From: Octopus bimaculoides | Taxonomy: Eukaryota | Assembly (NCBI RefSeq): GCF_001194135.2 | Contig: NC_068983.1 | Span: 101,083,237 to 101,116,063 of the forward strand | Length of the DNA: 32,827 nt | Direction: 5' to 3' | Shown: positions 32,262 to 32,827 of the stretch, piece after piece | Layout of the letters: each line of letters opens with the position of its first letter | Numbering within the stretch: position 1 is the first letter of the stretch | Position numbers and translations under genes: made by a program | The notes under the pieces: generated by a model | Databases searched by the model: none | What the model saw: the letters and a program-made list of their open reading frames with translations, nothing else | What the model was told of the DNA's origin: nothing

Positions 32262-32530
32262 ATATATAGATAAGAATGTGGGTGTATCTGTCTGTCTGTA
32301 TGAATCCCTAAAACTCGAGAACTGCACAACCGATTTCATTCAATTTTACACATGCCTTACTTAGGGTCCATGTAGTGTCATGGGCCAAAACAATTTTCAA
32401 CTTCTTGCCTAATGTGAGCCCAGAGCAATCTCTTATCTCTTCCACTATTTCAGTATTACATGTCAAAAGTGAAACATCTCTCTATTGTAATGTCAGATAC
32501 TTTCACTGTTAATACTGAATCTATTAAAGT
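32262..32530 (+). mobile_element. Possible non-autonomous Helitron-like 5' fragment
   Basis: TATATAGATAAGAATGT...(GTCT)n...AAAACTCGAGAACTGCACAACCGATTTCATTCAATTTT resembles recalled animal Helitron 5' ends; no clear 3' hairpin-CTRR seen. Confidence 0.4.
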
Positions 32531-32591
32531 GGAACGATTATCTCACATATATACAAGAATACATACATATATAGTATATATATATATATAT

Positions 32592-32827
32592 ATCATCATC
32601 ATCATCATCATCATCGTTTAACGTCCGCTTTCCATGCTAGCATGGGTTGGACGATTTGACTGAGGACTGGTGAAACCGGATGGCAACACCAGGCTCCAGT
32701 CTGATTTGGCAGAGTTTCTACAGCTGGATGCCCTTCCTAACGCCAACCACTCAGAGAGTGTAGTGGGTGCTTTTACGTGTCACCCGCACGAAAACGGCCA
32801 CGCTCGAAATGGTGTCTTTTATGTGCC
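32592..32827 (-). mobile_element. Young RTE family 1 3' end (continues past the window)
   Basis: Near-identical reverse complement of 28953-29185; the (ATC)n tail abuts (TA)n. Confidence 0.9.

Overview
Repeat-dense eukaryotic DNA, most likely an octopus (inferred from the recurring tRNA-SINE families and the RTE family with (GAT)n tails; not verified by search). One host gene crosses the whole window on the minus strand. I recovered ten small GT-AG coding exons (31194 to 1567) whose phases join into an uninterrupted ~401-aa internal segment of a large uncharacterised protein; from memory it resembles CCDC162-like proteins, which is unverified. The introns hold: (1) many copies of one RTE-clade LINE, including an RT-core-deleted 2.75 kb copy, and two copies show a C4HC3 PHD-like finger inside the RT domain; (2) a second RTE family and older LINE remnants; (3) a 1.8 kb Penelope-like fold-back whose arms carry a candidate type I hammerhead ribozyme; (4) at least four SINE families; (5) a deleted DD37D (maT) transposon, several MITEs or fold-backs, a solo LTR with a 5-bp target duplication, a 5S rRNA pseudogene and microsatellites. 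There are five N gaps. No CRISPR array or prokaryotic system is present, and most ORF-track entries are artefacts of repeats or gaps. The best leads are the Penelope hammerhead (core intact only in the copy antisense to the host) and the PHD-in-RT insertion. All alignments and folds were done by eye.
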